40,821 nucleotides of DNA from Candidatus Margulisiibacteriota bacterium (lineage in GTDB: Bacteria > Margulisbacteria > WOR-1 > O2-12-FULL-45-9): the NCBI GenBank assembly GCA_034723395.1, contig JAYEOW010000026.1, positions 1 through 40,821 of the forward strand, in the 5' to 3' direction. The notes beneath the pieces were generated by a model. It was not told the DNA's origin and did no database searches. It worked only from the letters and a program-made list of their open reading frames with translations. Below, piece by piece: positions 7,414-21,669 of this stretch (position 1 is the stretch's first letter; each line of letters begins with the position of its first letter). The position numbers were made by a program, and so were the translations under genes.

Positions 7414-8748
7414 ATGCCAACAAAAGAAGAGATATTAAAACAGGTTCAGGATAATGATGTAGAGTTCATAAGATTGTGGTTCACGGACCTAAATGGGATA
7501 TTAAAGAGTTTTTCGATCGGGAAAGAAGAACTAAAACATGCTTTGGAGGATGGGATGGGGTTTGATGGTTCCTCGATCACCGGTTTCCAGGATATTGAAG
7601 AGTCAGACATGATCGCGATGCCCGATCCAAATACCTTTGCCATCTTGCCGTGGAGGCCAGAGGAAAAGGCGGTTGCCAGGATGATCTGCGATGTGCTTCA
7701 ACCGGCTGCCGGAGGGCATAAGCCTTACGAAGGAGATCCAAGATACGTTTTAAAAAGACAGTTGGCTAAGATGGAAAAATTAGGTTTTGATCATTTTTAT
7801 GTTGGCCCGGAACTTGAGTTTTTCTATTTTAAAGATAACAAGGGGACTGAGACTTTGGACGAGGGGGGGTATTTCGATCTTACTCCGTTGGATATGGCCT
7901 CAAATTTAAGACGTGATACTATTTTTGCGCTAAGAAAATTGGGGATCCACGTTGAATATTCCCACCACGAGGTTGCACCTTCACAGCATGAGATAGATAT
8001 GCGCTATGACGATGGTTTAAAGATGGCGGATGACATGTTTACCTACCGGTTGACAGTAAAAGAGATCGCTTCGGCCAACGGAGTTTATGCTACTTTCATG
8101 CCAAAACCGATCTTCGGCCAGAACGGCTCCGGGATGCACGTCCACCAATCGCTTTTTAAGGGGAAGTCTAATGCCTTTTATGATGCCAAAGATAAATACA
8201 ACCTTTCCGAAACTGGAAAATCGTATATTGCCGGCATTCTAAAGCATGCGCCGGAAATGATCTCGATCCTTGCCCCGTGGGTAAATTCCTACAAGCGGTT
8301 AGTCCCGGGTTATGAAGCTCCGGTATATATTGCTTGGTCGAGAAGGAATCGCTCCGCCTTGATCCGTGTTCCGATGTACCAGCCAGGTAAAGAAGCGGCT
8401 ACCAGGATGGAGCTCCGCTGTCCAGATCCTTCGGGCAATCCCTACCTGCAGTTGGCTGTAATGCTCTCTGCCGGGTTAAAAGGGATCGAAGAGGGTTATA
8501 AACTGGCCGATCCGATGGAACTTAACCTCTATCATTTAACCGATGAAGAGAGAGCTGAGCGTGGGATCAAATCCCTCCCCGCTAGCCTTGGCGAAGCGGT
8601 CCATATAACCGGCAAGAGCGAATTAGTTAGAGAAACGCTCGGCGACCACTGTTTTGAGCGCTTCATCGAACTAAAGAAAAAAGAGTGGGATGAGTTCCGC
8701 ATCCAGGTAACGGAGTACGAAATCAAAAAGTACTTGCCGATACTGTAA
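7414..8748 (+). CDS. glnA: Glutamine synthetase type I (GSI-alpha-like, 444 aa)
   Basis: FDGSSI.GF, GPELEFF, HHEVAPSQHEI, TFMPKP, NGSGMHVHQS, YKRLVPGYEAP, RNRSALIRVP. SD AAGGAG before ATG 7414. Confidence 0.97.
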   Translation: MPTKEEILKQVQDNDVEFIRLWFTDLNGILKSFSIGKEELKHALEDGMGFDGSSITGFQDIEESDMIAMPDPNTFAILPWRPEEKAVARMICDVLQPAAGGHKPYEGDPRYVLKRQLAKMEKLGFDHFYVGPELEFFYFKDNKGTETLDEGGYFDLTPLDMASNLRRDTIFALRKLGIHVEYSHHEVAPSQHEIDMRYDDGLKMADDMFTYRLTVKEIASANGVYATFMPKPIFGQNGSGMHVHQSLFKGKSNAFYDAKDKYNLSETGKSYIAGILKHAPEMISILAPWVNSYKRLVPGYEAPVYIAWSRRNRSALIRVPMYQPGKEAATRMELRCPDPSGNPYLQLAVMLSAGLKGIEEGYKLADPMELNLYHLTDEERAERGIKSLPASLGEAVHITGKSELVRETLGDHCFERFIELKKKEWDEFRIQVTEYEIKKYLPIL

Positions 8749-8755
8749 ATTTAAT

Positions 8756-8810
8756 GGGGCGGGACCTTTTCGGCTCGACACCTTTGAGGCCTGCCCCTTC
8801 AAAGGTGTCG
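8756..8810 (+). promoter_or_regulatory. RNA structure sequestering the gltB ribosome-binding site, with an alternative or pseudoknot pairing
   Basis: CGACACCTTTGA (8776-8787) pairs with TCAAAGGTGTCG (8799-8810). CCTGCCCC (8790-8797) is complementary to GGGGCGGG (8756-8763) with one G-U. Confidence 0.5.
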
Positions 8811-8812
8811 TT

Positions 8813-13154
<4,342 letters not shown>

Positions 13155-13162
<8 letters not shown>

Positions 13163-14486
13163 TCCAAAGGGATTTTTATTACACAAAAGAAAAGATGTGC
13201 AGTACCGTCCGGTTTGCGAAAGGGTGAAGGATTATAAAGGGGTGGTAAAAATCCGTCCCGACCGCCAATTACGCGACCAGGCTTCCCGCTGCATGGATTG
13301 TGGCACGCCTTTTTGTAACTGGGGTTGTCCGCTAGGCAATTATATTCCAGAGTGGAATGACTATATTTATACCGGCCAGTGGAAAAAGGCTTTTGAATTG
13401 CTTGATGCAACCAATAATCTTCCAGAAATAACGGGCCGCGTGTGTCCGGCTCCTTGTGAATATGCTTGTGTACTTGGCATTAATGATGATCCAGTAACCA
13501 TTCGAGAAAATGAGCTGGCAATCATTGAACACGCTTTTAAAAAGGGGTGGATTAAACCGAATCCTCCAGAAAAGAGGACAAGAAAGAAAGTTGCGGTAAT
13601 CGGTTCTGGACCGGCGGGCCTTTCTTGTGCGGTTGAGCTGAATAAAAATGGCCATTCGGTTACAGTTTATGAAAAAGACGCCAAGATCGGCGGGATTTTA
13701 CGTTACGGGATCCCTGATTTCAAACTTGAGAAGAAGATTTTGGACCGCCGGATCGCGATCTGGGAAAAAGAGGGAATTAAGGTTAAAACTAATACCGAAG
13801 TTAAAAAAGATCCGGCTGGATTTGACGCAGTCTGCTGGGCGGGTGGGGCAAGGACGCCGCGCGATCTGGAAATTGAGGGAAGAAATCTTTCTGGTATCCA
13901 CTTTGCGATGGATTATCTGTCGCAGGCAAATAAAAAGGTTTCCGGTGAAAAAATTAGCGAAAAAGGGATCAATACCAAAGGGAAGAAAGTCGTTGTCGTC
14001 GGTGGCGGTGATACTGGATCGGATTGTGTCGGAACGGCAAATCGACAGGGGGCAAAATGTGTGGTTCAGATCGAACTTTTACCACAGCCACCGGAGTGCC
14101 GTGATGGTTCGTGTCCTTGGCCAAAGTATCCGCTTCTGTTGAAGACGACTTCTAGCCATAAAGAGGGGGCGGAAAGGCATTGGTCGATCCTCACCAAAAA
14201 GTTCGTGGGCGAAAAAGGCAAAGTTAAAAATCTTTCTTGTATAAAAGTTGAGTTCGAAGGACGGAAAATGGAAGAGATTCCTGGCTCAGAGTTTGAGATC
14301 GAGGCTGATCTGGTTATTTTGGCTGTCGGATTCTTAAAGCCGGAACTGCCTGAGACATTATCGAAAAAAAATGTGTTTTGCGCGGGGGATTCACAGCGCG
14401 GACCATCTCTGGCAGTATGGGCGCTTTATGAAGGGCGCGAGACCGCATGCGAAATAGACAACTATTTAAGGGGAGAAGAAAAATGA
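13155..14486 (+). CDS. gltD: Glutamate synthase small subunit
   Basis: RCMDCGTPFC..GCP, GRVCPAPCE, IGSGPAG, GGGDTGSDC; overlaps the gltB stop. Confidence 0.96.
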
Positions 14487-15577
14487 ATGCGATTTTAGCG
14501 CTTGAGGATGGGACTATATTCGAAGGAGCTTCCTTCGGCGTCGCCGGAGAGCAGACCGGAGAGGTCGTTTTTAATACTTCCATGACCGGTTACCAGGAGA
14601 TACTCACCGATCCTTCCTACAAAGGCCAAATTGTTACCATGACTTATCCCCTGATCGGCAACTACGGGATCAATCCCGAAGATTTTGAATCGGAAAAACC
14701 GCATCTTTCGGGTTTTGTCGTCCGCGAAGCGAGCCGGATCGTCAGCAACTGGCGCTCGAGCATGAGCCTGGACGATTTTCTGAAAAAACATAAGATCATC
14801 GGGATCGAAGGGATCGATACCCGCGCGCTGACCCTCCACATCCGCTCTGCCGGAGCGATGAAGGGGATCCTCTCCACCGAAGATCTCGACCCAAAGAGCC
14901 TGATCAAGAAAGCAAAGGGATCAAAAGGCCTGGTCGGAGTTGACCTGGTCAAAAAAGTTACCTGTAAAGAGATATACGAATGGAATAAGAAGGGGAAATA
15001 TAAAGTTGTCCTCCTCGATTGCGGAGCTAAATATAATATTATGCGCGATCTGGCTAAGCGTGATTGCCATGTCGTGGTCGTTCCCTCCAATACTACGGCC
15101 AAAAAGATCCTTTCTATGAAACCCGACGGAGTTATGCTTAGTAACGGCCCCGGCGATCCGGCGGCGGTGACATATGTTATCGAAACTGTCCGCGAACTTA
15201 TCGGTAAAGTTCCAATGTTCGGTATCTGTCTCGGCCATCAGATGCTCGGCCTGGCCCTCGGCGGCAAAACATTTAAGCTAAAATTCGGCCATCGCGGCGC
15301 CAACCACCCGGTAATGGACCTTAAAACCAAAAAAGTTGAGATCACTTCGCAAAACCACGGGTTCTGTGTCGATGTCGATTCGCTCGATCCGAAAAAAGTT
15401 GAGCTTACCCATCTGAATTTAAATGATAAGACAGCGGAAGGCCTGCGGCATAAAAAATATCCGGTTTTTTCGGTCCAATACCATCCCGAGAGCAGCGCCG
15501 GCCCGCATGACAGCAAATATTTATTCGACAGGTTTATGGCCCTCCTTTGCGGGGCTTCGGAGGGTAAGAATGCCTAA
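14483..15577 (+). CDS. carA: Carbamoyl-phosphate synthase small subunit
   Basis: [38 protein letters not shown] overlap with gltD places the start at 14483. Confidence 0.97.
   Translation: MNAILALEDGTIFEGASFGVAGEQTGEVVFNTSMTGYQEILTDPSYKGQIVTMTYPLIGNYGINPEDFESEKPHLSGFVVREASRIVSNWRSSMSLDDFLKKHKIIGIEGIDTRALTLHIRSAGAMKGILSTEDLDPKSLIKKAKGSKGLVGVDLVKKVTCKEIYEWNKKGKYKVVLLDCGAKYNIMRDLAKRDCHVVVVPSNTTAKKILSMKPDGVMLSNGPGDPAAVTYVIETVRELIGKVPMFGICLGHQMLGLALGGKTFKLKFGHRGANHPVMDLKTKKVEITSQNHGFCVDVDSLDPKKVELTHLNLNDKTAEGLRHKKYPVFSVQYHPESSAGPHDSKYLFDRFMALLCGASEGKNA
15540..15564. repeat. Short palindromic element in the carA 3' end
   Basis: CCCTCC (15540-45) ... GCTTC-GGAGGG (15559-64). It is translated as the carA tail [12 protein letters not shown], and its right arm sits at SD distance from the carB ATG. 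Confidence 0.45.
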
Positions 15578-17204
15578 AAGAAAAGATATAAAAAGCATTT
15601 TGATCATAGGCTCGGGGCCGATCGTGATCGGCCAGGCGTGCGAGTTCGACTATTCCGGAGTTCAGGCATGCAAAGCGTTAAAATCGGAAGGCTATAAGGT
15701 GATCCTGGCCAACAGCAACCCGGCGACAATTATGACCGATCCCGAAGTGGCCGACCGGACCTATATTGAGCCGATCGATCCTCTTTTTATCGAAAAAATA
15801 ATCGAAAAAGAGAAGCCGGATGCAGTTCTTCCAACTCTTGGAGGCCAGACCGCGCTCAATTGCGCGATCAAGCTCGAAGAAAAGGGTGTATTTAAGAAAC
15901 ACGGAGTTGAAATGATCGCTGCGAATGCGGAAGTGATTAAAAAAGCGGAAGACCGCGAGCTTTTTAAGGAGGCGATGAAAAAGATCGGGCTCGATTTACC
16001 TGAAAGCGGTTTGGCTTATACCTATAAAGAGGCGGTCCAGGTTGCGGAAGAGATCGGATTTCCGCTGATCATCCGCCCGAGTTTTACCCTCGGTGGAAGA
16101 GGGGGTGGAGTCGCTTATAACATCGATGAGTTCAAGGTGATCGCCGGCCGCGGGTTGGAAGCGAGCATGAATTCGGAGATCCTGGTCGAGGAATCTTTGA
16201 TCGGGTGGAAAGAGTATGAGATGGAGGTTATGCGCGACCTCAATGATAACGTAGTGATCATCTGTTCGATCGAAAACTTCGATCCGATGGGGATCCATAC
16301 CGGCGATTCGATCACGGTGGCCCCGGCGCAGACGTTGACCGATAAAGAATATCAGATCATGCGTGATGCATCGATCGCGGTGATCCGCGAGATCGGAGTT
16401 GAAACCGGCGGGTCCAATATCCAGTTCGCGATAAATCCGAAAAACGGGCGGATGGTGGTTATCGAGATGAATCCACGCGTTTCGCGCTCCTCCGCTTTAG
16501 CTTCGAAAGCGACCGGTTTCCCGGTCGCCAAGATGGCGGCTAAGTTAGCGGTCGGTTATACCTTAGATGAGATCCCAAATGATATTACCCAGAAAACCCC
16601 GGCCTGTTTTGAGCCGACGATCGATTATTGTGTGGTCAAGATCCCCCGTTTTACTTTCGAAAAGTTCCGCGGGGCAGATTCGGTCCTCACCACTTCGATG
16701 AAATCGGTGGGGGAGGCGATGTCGATCGGCCGGACCTTTAAAGAATCGCTGCAGAAAGGCCTGCGTTCACTCGAAGTGGATGTTTTTGGCCTGGAGGGAT
16801 TGAAAAAAGAGCCCTCGCAGGAAGAGATAGAGCATTATCTCCGTTATCCGGGGAACAATCGGATCTTTTATATTAAACATGCGCTGCAGAACGGAATAGG
16901 CATCGACCAGATATTTCAAATGACCAAGATCGACCGCTGGTTTTTGGATAATATGAAAGAGATCGTCGATTTTGAGACCGGGTTAAAGGGTTACAAAGGG
17001 AAAGATATCCCACAGAAGCTTTTGCTCGAAGCAAAGGTCATGGGATTTTCGGATGTTCAGTTGGCCAGGTTATGGGGGATCTCCGAAGAGAAGGTTTTTG
17101 ATCTTCGCAAAAAGAGCGGGATCATCCCCGACTATAAATTAGTCGATACCTGCGCGGCCGAGTTTGAGGCTTACACCCCTTATTATTATTCGACCTATTC
17201 GTAA
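15570..17204 (+). CDS. carB: Carbamoyl-phosphate synthase large subunit, N-terminal half only (544 aa)
   Basis: [30 protein letters not shown], one ATP-grasp domain ([19 protein letters not shown]) and the oligomerisation domain. It ends at [19 protein letters not shown]. Confidence 0.93.
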   Translation: MPKRKDIKSILIIGSGPIVIGQACEFDYSGVQACKALKSEGYKVILANSNPATIMTDPEVADRTYIEPIDPLFIEKIIEKEKPDAVLPTLGGQTALNCAIKLEEKGVFKKHGVEMIAANAEVIKKAEDRELFKEAMKKIGLDLPESGLAYTYKEAVQVAEEIGFPLIIRPSFTLGGRGGGVAYNIDEFKVIAGRGLEASMNSEILVEESLIGWKEYEMEVMRDLNDNVVIICSIENFDPMGIHTGDSITVAPAQTLTDKEYQIMRDASIAVIREIGVETGGSNIQFAINPKNGRMVVIEMNPRVSRSSALASKATGFPVAKMAAKLAVGYTLDEIPNDITQKTPACFEPTIDYCVVKIPRFTFEKFRGADSVLTTSMKSVGEAMSIGRTFKESLQKGLRSLEVDVFGLEGLKKEPSQEEIEHYLRYPGNNRIFYIKHALQNGIGIDQIFQMTKIDRWFLDNMKEIVDFETGLKGYKGKDIPQKLLLEAKVMGFSDVQLARLWGISEEKVFDLRKKSGIIPDYKLVDTCAAEFEAYTPYYYSTYS

Positions 17205-17206
17205 TT

Positions 17207-17419
17207 CTAGTTTCGAATCCGGACCACTTTATTCCTCGATTTTAATCCGCGGATAATTTTGATCTGGCTCTTTTCAACGTCATAATATTCGGCGAGGAAG
17301 ATAGTCAAAGCCCGGTTCGCTTTCCCTTCCACCGCCGGTGCGGTCAGATAGACCTTTCCGTTCTTGAATTGATTTTTTTTGGCGTTGGGTACGACTTTTA
17401 TTTCAATGGTTTTGGGCAT
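17207..17419 (-). CDS. DUF167 (YggU/UPF0235) family protein, 70 aa
   Basis: IKVVPNAKKN, KVYLTAPAVEGKANRAL, IIRGLKSRNK. The start is taken at ATG 17419. Confidence 0.85.
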   Translation of the reverse strand: MPKTIEIKVVPNAKKNQFKNGKVYLTAPAVEGKANRALTIFLAEYYDVEKSQIKIIRGLKSRNKVVRIRN

Positions 17420-17426
17420 GATCGAT

Positions 17427-17890
17427 TTAAGTTTTTTGTGCAATAAAGAATTCGTATCCAAAATAGTCAGAATTTTTCTTGAAGCCGTCGGTTTCCTTCT
17501 GGGCAGCATCGAGAACCGCAGCAGCAACTGCATTATTCTTATACTTCGGCCTTAGCTCATCGATCCTCTTCTGCATTGGGTCATAGTAATTGTTCATCCA
17601 GGAGCTAACAGGAAGAGTGAAGTGGCCGAGTACCTTATAATTGTTATTCTGGCGGCCCAGATAATGTCGAAGCTCTCGGGTTCGAACGCCATGGTGTTCA
17701 TGTCCTGATTGAGGAATTTAATATGCTCTAATAATTTGCCTTTTTTAGTATCGGTTTTTAGCTTATCGAGAAAGGGCTGATGATTATCCAGGGCGATGAC
17801 GGTTCCTTTAGAAAGCCTGGCTAGTTCCAGTGTCTGCACTCCCGGCCCAGCGCGCGGCAGGACTCCGTAGATCTCGAAGAAATAGGTCAT
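17427..17890 (-). pseudogene. Class I SAM-dependent methyltransferase pseudogene (two internal deletions, frameshift)
   Basis: Frame 1 reads MTYFFEIYGVLPRAGPG|VQTLELAR...ESFDIIWA and lacks the LDxGCGxG motif I. Frame 2, from about 17651, reads NYKVLGHFTLPVSSWMNNYYDPMQKR...DYFGYEFFIAQKT*. Confidence 0.75.
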
Positions 17891-17904
17891 TTGGTCGGGC
17901 ACGC

Positions 17905-18195
17905 TCAACACGGCCCCCACTTATGACGAGGATGGAGCTTTTCGTACTGCTTAGCTGAATCCTTGGTGACCTCATGCCACGGAACCCCCAGATTGGCGCC
18001 GACGATCGAGGCTAAAACGCAGCGGCAGAGGGTGCGATCTACCTTTTTTAGCAGCATAAAAAAAATATAGTAAGGATCTTCCGACATAAAGTCCCTTTTT
18101 GTCATTATGTTAAGCTTCTTTAGCTTTTTGGCGATCTCCGGCCCGATGTTGGGCAGGGTGGTCAGTTCACTTTTTGCGGATCTTTGTCTAGACAT
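17905..18195 (-). CDS. TfoX C-terminal-like helix-hairpin-helix protein
   Basis: LTTLPNIGPEIAKKLKKLNI, DPY, C.C.LASIVGA..GVPW. Confidence 0.7.
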   Translation of the reverse strand: MSRQRSAKSELTTLPNIGPEIAKKLKKLNIMTKRDFMSEDPYYIFFMLLKKVDRTLCRCVLASIVGANLGVPWHEVTKDSAKQYEKLHPRHKWGPC

Positions 18196-18262
18196 AGTTA
18201 TCCACTATATCACATATCGCTGCTTACATCTCAAAAATAAGAAGATAGACCCCGCGGTTTAA

Positions 18263-18364
18263 TTACCTGTTGAATAGCAATCTCAATGTAAATATCCCTC
18301 CATCAAGATCCAACGCGTTGCTCTCCTTCGTTACCCGACCGGACCAATATTTCTTTGTTGACAA
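18263..18364 (-). pseudogene. Truncated DUF3175-like fragment
   Basis: TTG-started 33-codon frame LSTKKYWSGRVTKESNALDLDGGIFTLRLLFNR*, resembling the WS..VT..S.ALDL..G.F N-terminus I recall for DUF3175. Confidence 0.5.
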
Positions 18365-18386
18365 TTATTTGTCTTCATTATAGTAT
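18358..18386 (+). promoter_or_regulatory. Putative sigma70 promoter
   Basis: TTGACA (18358-63), 17 nt, TAGTAT (18381-86); SD GGAGGT precedes ATG 18417. Confidence 0.55.
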
Positions 18387-18416
18387 ACTTAAAAATATTA
18401 CTTTGGAGGTATAGGG

Positions 18417-19481
18417 ATGAAATTTAGGTATGTGTTCTTTTCTTTGTTGTCTGTCTTGGTCCTCTCCTTGGCTTTTTGCGGGTGCAGCGCTACTTCGGGC
18501 GGGAGCAACCCTGAGGCTAACCATGGGACCTATACTTACCTTGGTACACAGAGCCCGGGGGATGTGTGGAGCTGGGTGATCGGTACAGGGACCTTTACTG
18601 GTACTAACGAAACCACCTCGATGACTTATGAGGGGACATTTGTTTCCCTTGCCAGCGGATTCCTTAAGGCGACTATTACCTCGGCCAATGACCCTAACGT
18701 TCCGACCGACGGGACCGCGGTTTTCTACTGCCTTGAATTCCCGAATACTATGCTTCTGGTTGGGTCGGGTGGAGTGAATGAGAATCCGATCATCTGCGCA
18801 GCCAAAGCTGCGTCCGCGCCGAGCGCCGGCCAGTATAACTGGCTCAATATCCCGACCTCAGGATGGAGCCCGGGAGATACTTCATACGGTTCGACCGAGG
18901 TGACAGTGGACACGGTTAACAATCTTTTTGACTTCTATGTTTCCACTTATGATATCAGCGGCAACCTGGAGGAGATTATAACCTATGAAGGGTTCTCTTT
19001 CTCGGAAGGTAGAATGGCCAAGAGCGGCGAGACGCTGCAGATATTTATGACCCCGTCCGGATTGTTTATGGGAGACAATGGTCCGGGAAATGGCGGGTTG
19101 GTAGGGGCGGCAAAACAGACCATCGACATGGCGGATGTGGCAAGCAAGAACTATCGGGGGGTGATGTACGAGTTTGACGCGGCTACCGGAGATGCGAGCG
19201 TAGATCCGATTGGCGGCGAACCGCATCCGACCGTATCCGGGGCGATCCGCGGTTTCGCCTATAGCGATCTTGATAATAACACGATCGATTCCAGTGATTA
19301 CGCGACATTGACTTTTAGCGGCCAGGACGCCGATGGGATTGTAGCTGGAGCCATGGCTACCAGCAGCCATACCTATGATTTTAAGATGGTGGTTTCCCAG
19401 GTAAATAACAAATATATTGTTATGGGGATTGCGGTCGTTGCGGGATCGAATCCGCTTTACTTCTTGATTGTAGAGATCTAA
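18417..19481 (+). CDS. Hypothetical lipoprotein (Thr/Ser/Gly-rich, beta-rich)
   Basis: Signal peptide with lipobox-like LAFCGC, strong SD, 354 aa. Confidence 0.8.
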   Translation: MKFRYVFFSLLSVLVLSLAFCGCSATSGGSNPEANHGTYTYLGTQSPGDVWSWVIGTGTFTGTNETTSMTYEGTFVSLASGFLKATITSANDPNVPTDGTAVFYCLEFPNTMLLVGSGGVNENPIICAAKAASAPSAGQYNWLNIPTSGWSPGDTSYGSTEVTVDTVNNLFDFYVSTYDISGNLEEIITYEGFSFSEGRMAKSGETLQIFMTPSGLFMGDNGPGNGGLVGAAKQTIDMADVASKNYRGVMYEFDAATGDASVDPIGGEPHPTVSGAIRGFAYSDLDNNTIDSSDYATLTFSGQDADGIVAGAMATSSHTYDFKMVVSQVNNKYIVMGIAVVAGSNPLYFLIVEI

Positions 19482-19488
19482 AGCAGTT

Positions 19489-19944
19489 TCATAAAATAAG
19501 AATAATATCGCCGGTTTTTAACCGGTTCTTCTTGATCTCACCGGCGTTAAGTTCGATCACTTTATCTGCCGGCTGGGTGGGTTTGAGGATTTCGTTATCT
19601 TTCAGTTCCATTCGTCTCTTTTTGGTAACCGGGACATTTTCCATTATAGTGACTACTTTGTTTTCCCTGATCCAGGCCAGATCGAGCGGAAAATACATAT
19701 CGACCATGCAGAACTCATGGATTTCCGGCTTATCGAACAAAAAAAACATCCCCCGACCTTTTTTTAGCTCTTTCCGGTAGGAGAGACCAATATGCTGTTT
19801 CAAAATCGAATCGGCGACATCGAGTTCATACACTTTGCTTCCGATCCTGGCGTGGATCACCTTATATTCGAATTGTGGGACCGTGGCGGAGTGCGGCGGT
19901 GTAATAAATGATCCCATAAATATGGCAAAGGCGAGTAAGAACAT
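19489..19944 (-). CDS. DUF192 domain protein
   Basis: L.VAD......GLSYR.....GRGMFFLF, F.M....FPLD..WI, VIELNAG, GD. Confidence 0.88.
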   Translation of the reverse strand: MFLLAFAIFMGSFITPPHSATVPQFEYKVIHARIGSKVYELDVADSILKQHIGLSYRKELKKGRGMFFLFDKPEIHEFCMVDMYFPLDLAWIRENKVVTIMENVPVTKKRRMELKDNEILKPTQPADKVIELNAGEIKKNRLKTGDIILIL

Positions 19945-19985
19945 AAGATGTTGAATTATAGCACAGATGAATATATAATTGCGGC

Positions 19986-20618
19986 ATGAGGAGATTGCTG
20001 CTGCTTTTTCCGTTGTTATTATTGGTCGGTTGTTCCAGCCACCGTCTCAACCTTACCCGCTACGAACCTAATCCCGCGCCTCCGTATCAAAGGGTGATGA
20101 TCGAAAAGGGGGGAGATGAGGGGAGATACCTCATTTATCAATCAAATAGATATAAAATAAAAGCGGCGCTCTATGCCTACAATCAGATCATTGTCCTGCC
20201 TTTGACGATCTCCAACGGGACCGGTTCAAGGATTCTCCCGGAAGAATACTGTGTTGCTTTATATGACGGCCGGGATTATAAAGAGCTCCACATAGTAAAG
20301 AGAGATACGATTAGCCGGATCAAAGCGACTTATCAGTCGAACGGGAAAGGGGCGGGGGCGGGGTTGATGGACGCGGCAGCGCAGGTTGCCTTTAACGCGG
20401 TGGTCGATATTTTTAGCCCGGCAACCAAAGATATGGTGGTCAAGGCGCTCAACCAGATCGAAGATCAATATTTTTCATTCCGACCGATCTGGGCGCACGA
20501 GAAACGTTACGGAGTATTAGCTTTTGTCCACGATTTTCAGCTCGAATTTCCTTTAACTTTGGTGGTCAAAGTTAAGGATGAAAAGGCAGGCTTCAGGTTT
20601 GGCCCGCCATTGAATTAA
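19986..20618 (+). CDS. Hypothetical lipoprotein
   Basis: MRRLLLLFPLLLLVGC lipobox; 210 aa; TATAAT 6 nt upstream of the ATG. Confidence 0.75.
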   Translation: MRRLLLLFPLLLLVGCSSHRLNLTRYEPNPAPPYQRVMIEKGGDEGRYLIYQSNRYKIKAALYAYNQIIVLPLTISNGTGSRILPEEYCVALYDGRDYKELHIVKRDTISRIKATYQSNGKGAGAGLMDAAAQVAFNAVVDIFSPATKDMVVKALNQIEDQYFSFRPIWAHEKRYGVLAFVHDFQLEFPLTLVVKVKDEKAGFRFGPPLN

Positions 20619-20648
20619 CTCCTATTTTTTGCTATTATGATAGCAGTT

Positions 20649-20897
20649 ATGTACGAAGCGCAGGTAAAGATCACCCTCAAAAAAACGGTCGCCGATCCAC
20701 AGGGATTAACCGTAAAACACGCCCTGGAAGCGCTTAATTTTAAGGATGTTTCTGGCGTAAGAATGGGAAAATTTATTACTTTGCAGCTTAATTCCAAAGA
20801 CAAGGGGACGGCGGAGGCGGAGGCAGGGGGTATGTGCCAAAAACTCCTCGCCAATCCGATCATCGAAGACTTTTCGCTTGAGGTAAAAGAAATCTGA
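20649..20897 (+). CDS. purS: FGAM synthase subunit PurS
   Basis: [20 protein letters not shown]; precedes purQ-purL. Confidence 0.95.
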   Translation: MYEAQVKITLKKTVADPQGLTVKHALEALNFKDVSGVRMGKFITLQLNSKDKGTAEAEAGGMCQKLLANPIIEDFSLEVKEI

Positions 20898-21583
20898 TGA
20901 AATTCGGCGTCGTTGTTTTCCCCGGTTCAAATTGCGATCGCGACTGTTTTCATGTTGTTAAAGAGGTTATTAAACAGCCGGTCGAATACATCTGGCATAA
21001 AAGTACCCAATTAGACCATTTCGACTGTATTATTATTCCGGGCGGATTCAGCTACGGCGATTATCTCCGCTGCGGAGCGATCGCCCGTTTTTCTCCGATC
21101 ATGGATTCGATCATAAAGTTCGCAAACGATGGTGGTTTGGTAATCGGTATCTGCAACGGCTTTCAGGTCTTGCTCGAAGCTGGCCTGCTTCCAGGAGCGA
21201 TGCTTAGGAACAAGAACCTCCACTTTATTTGTAAATATGTAGACCTAAAGGTTGAAGCGACCGCTTCGCCGTTCTCCTCCCAATATAAAAAGGGCCAGGT
21301 CGTCCGCATTCCGATCGCCCACAACGAGGGAAATTATTATATCGACGATAAGGGTTTGGCCGAGCTCAAGAAAAACGATCAAATCATCTTTCGCTACGCC
21401 GACAACCCGAACGGGGCGGTGGATGACATCGCGGGGATCGTTAATAAAAAACGGAACGTTCTCGGCATGATGCCGCACCCGGAACGCTCTTCTGAGATAG
21501 AATTAGGCTCCGAGGATGGGGTTTATGTTTTTAAGTCTATTGTAAAAACCCTCACCCTGGGTTTTTCTCGAAGTAAGGTTTAG
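20897..21583 (+). CDS. purQ: FGAM synthase glutaminase subunit PurQ
   Basis: [33 protein letters not shown]. Confidence 0.97.
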   Translation: MKFGVVVFPGSNCDRDCFHVVKEVIKQPVEYIWHKSTQLDHFDCIIIPGGFSYGDYLRCGAIARFSPIMDSIIKFANDGGLVIGICNGFQVLLEAGLLPGAMLRNKNLHFICKYVDLKVEATASPFSSQYKKGQVVRIPIAHNEGNYYIDDKGLAELKKNDQIIFRYADNPNGAVDDIAGIVNKKRNVLGMMPHPERSSEIELGSEDGVYVFKSIVKTLTLGFSRSKV

Positions 21584-21654
21584 GTATTTGTCCCTCTCCC
21601 TGAGGGAGAGGGAGTTATAGAAAAACCAAAAGATAAGAATAGTTTGGGTGAGGG
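21549..21654. repeat. Nested palindromic (REP/MITE-like) element overlapping the purQ 3' end
   Basis: Three nested stems: CCCTCACCC/GGGTGAGGG (21549-57/21646-54), GGTTTTTCT/AGAAAAACC (21560-68/21619-27), and TCCCTCTCCC-TGA-GGGAGAGGGA (21591-21613). Confidence 0.8.
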
Positions 21655-21669
21655 CTGGGAGAAGTTAAC

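Noticed and set aside
18360..18373. GACAA-N4-TTGTC inverted repeat as a nitrogen box
   Set aside because: The spacing differs from TACAATnnTGTA and it is a single copy. It could be an unrelated operator, but that is unsupported.
21077..21084. Canonical HIP1 (GCGATCGC; also at 38524)
   Set aside because: Too few full octamers were noticed; the enrichment is in the shorter core.
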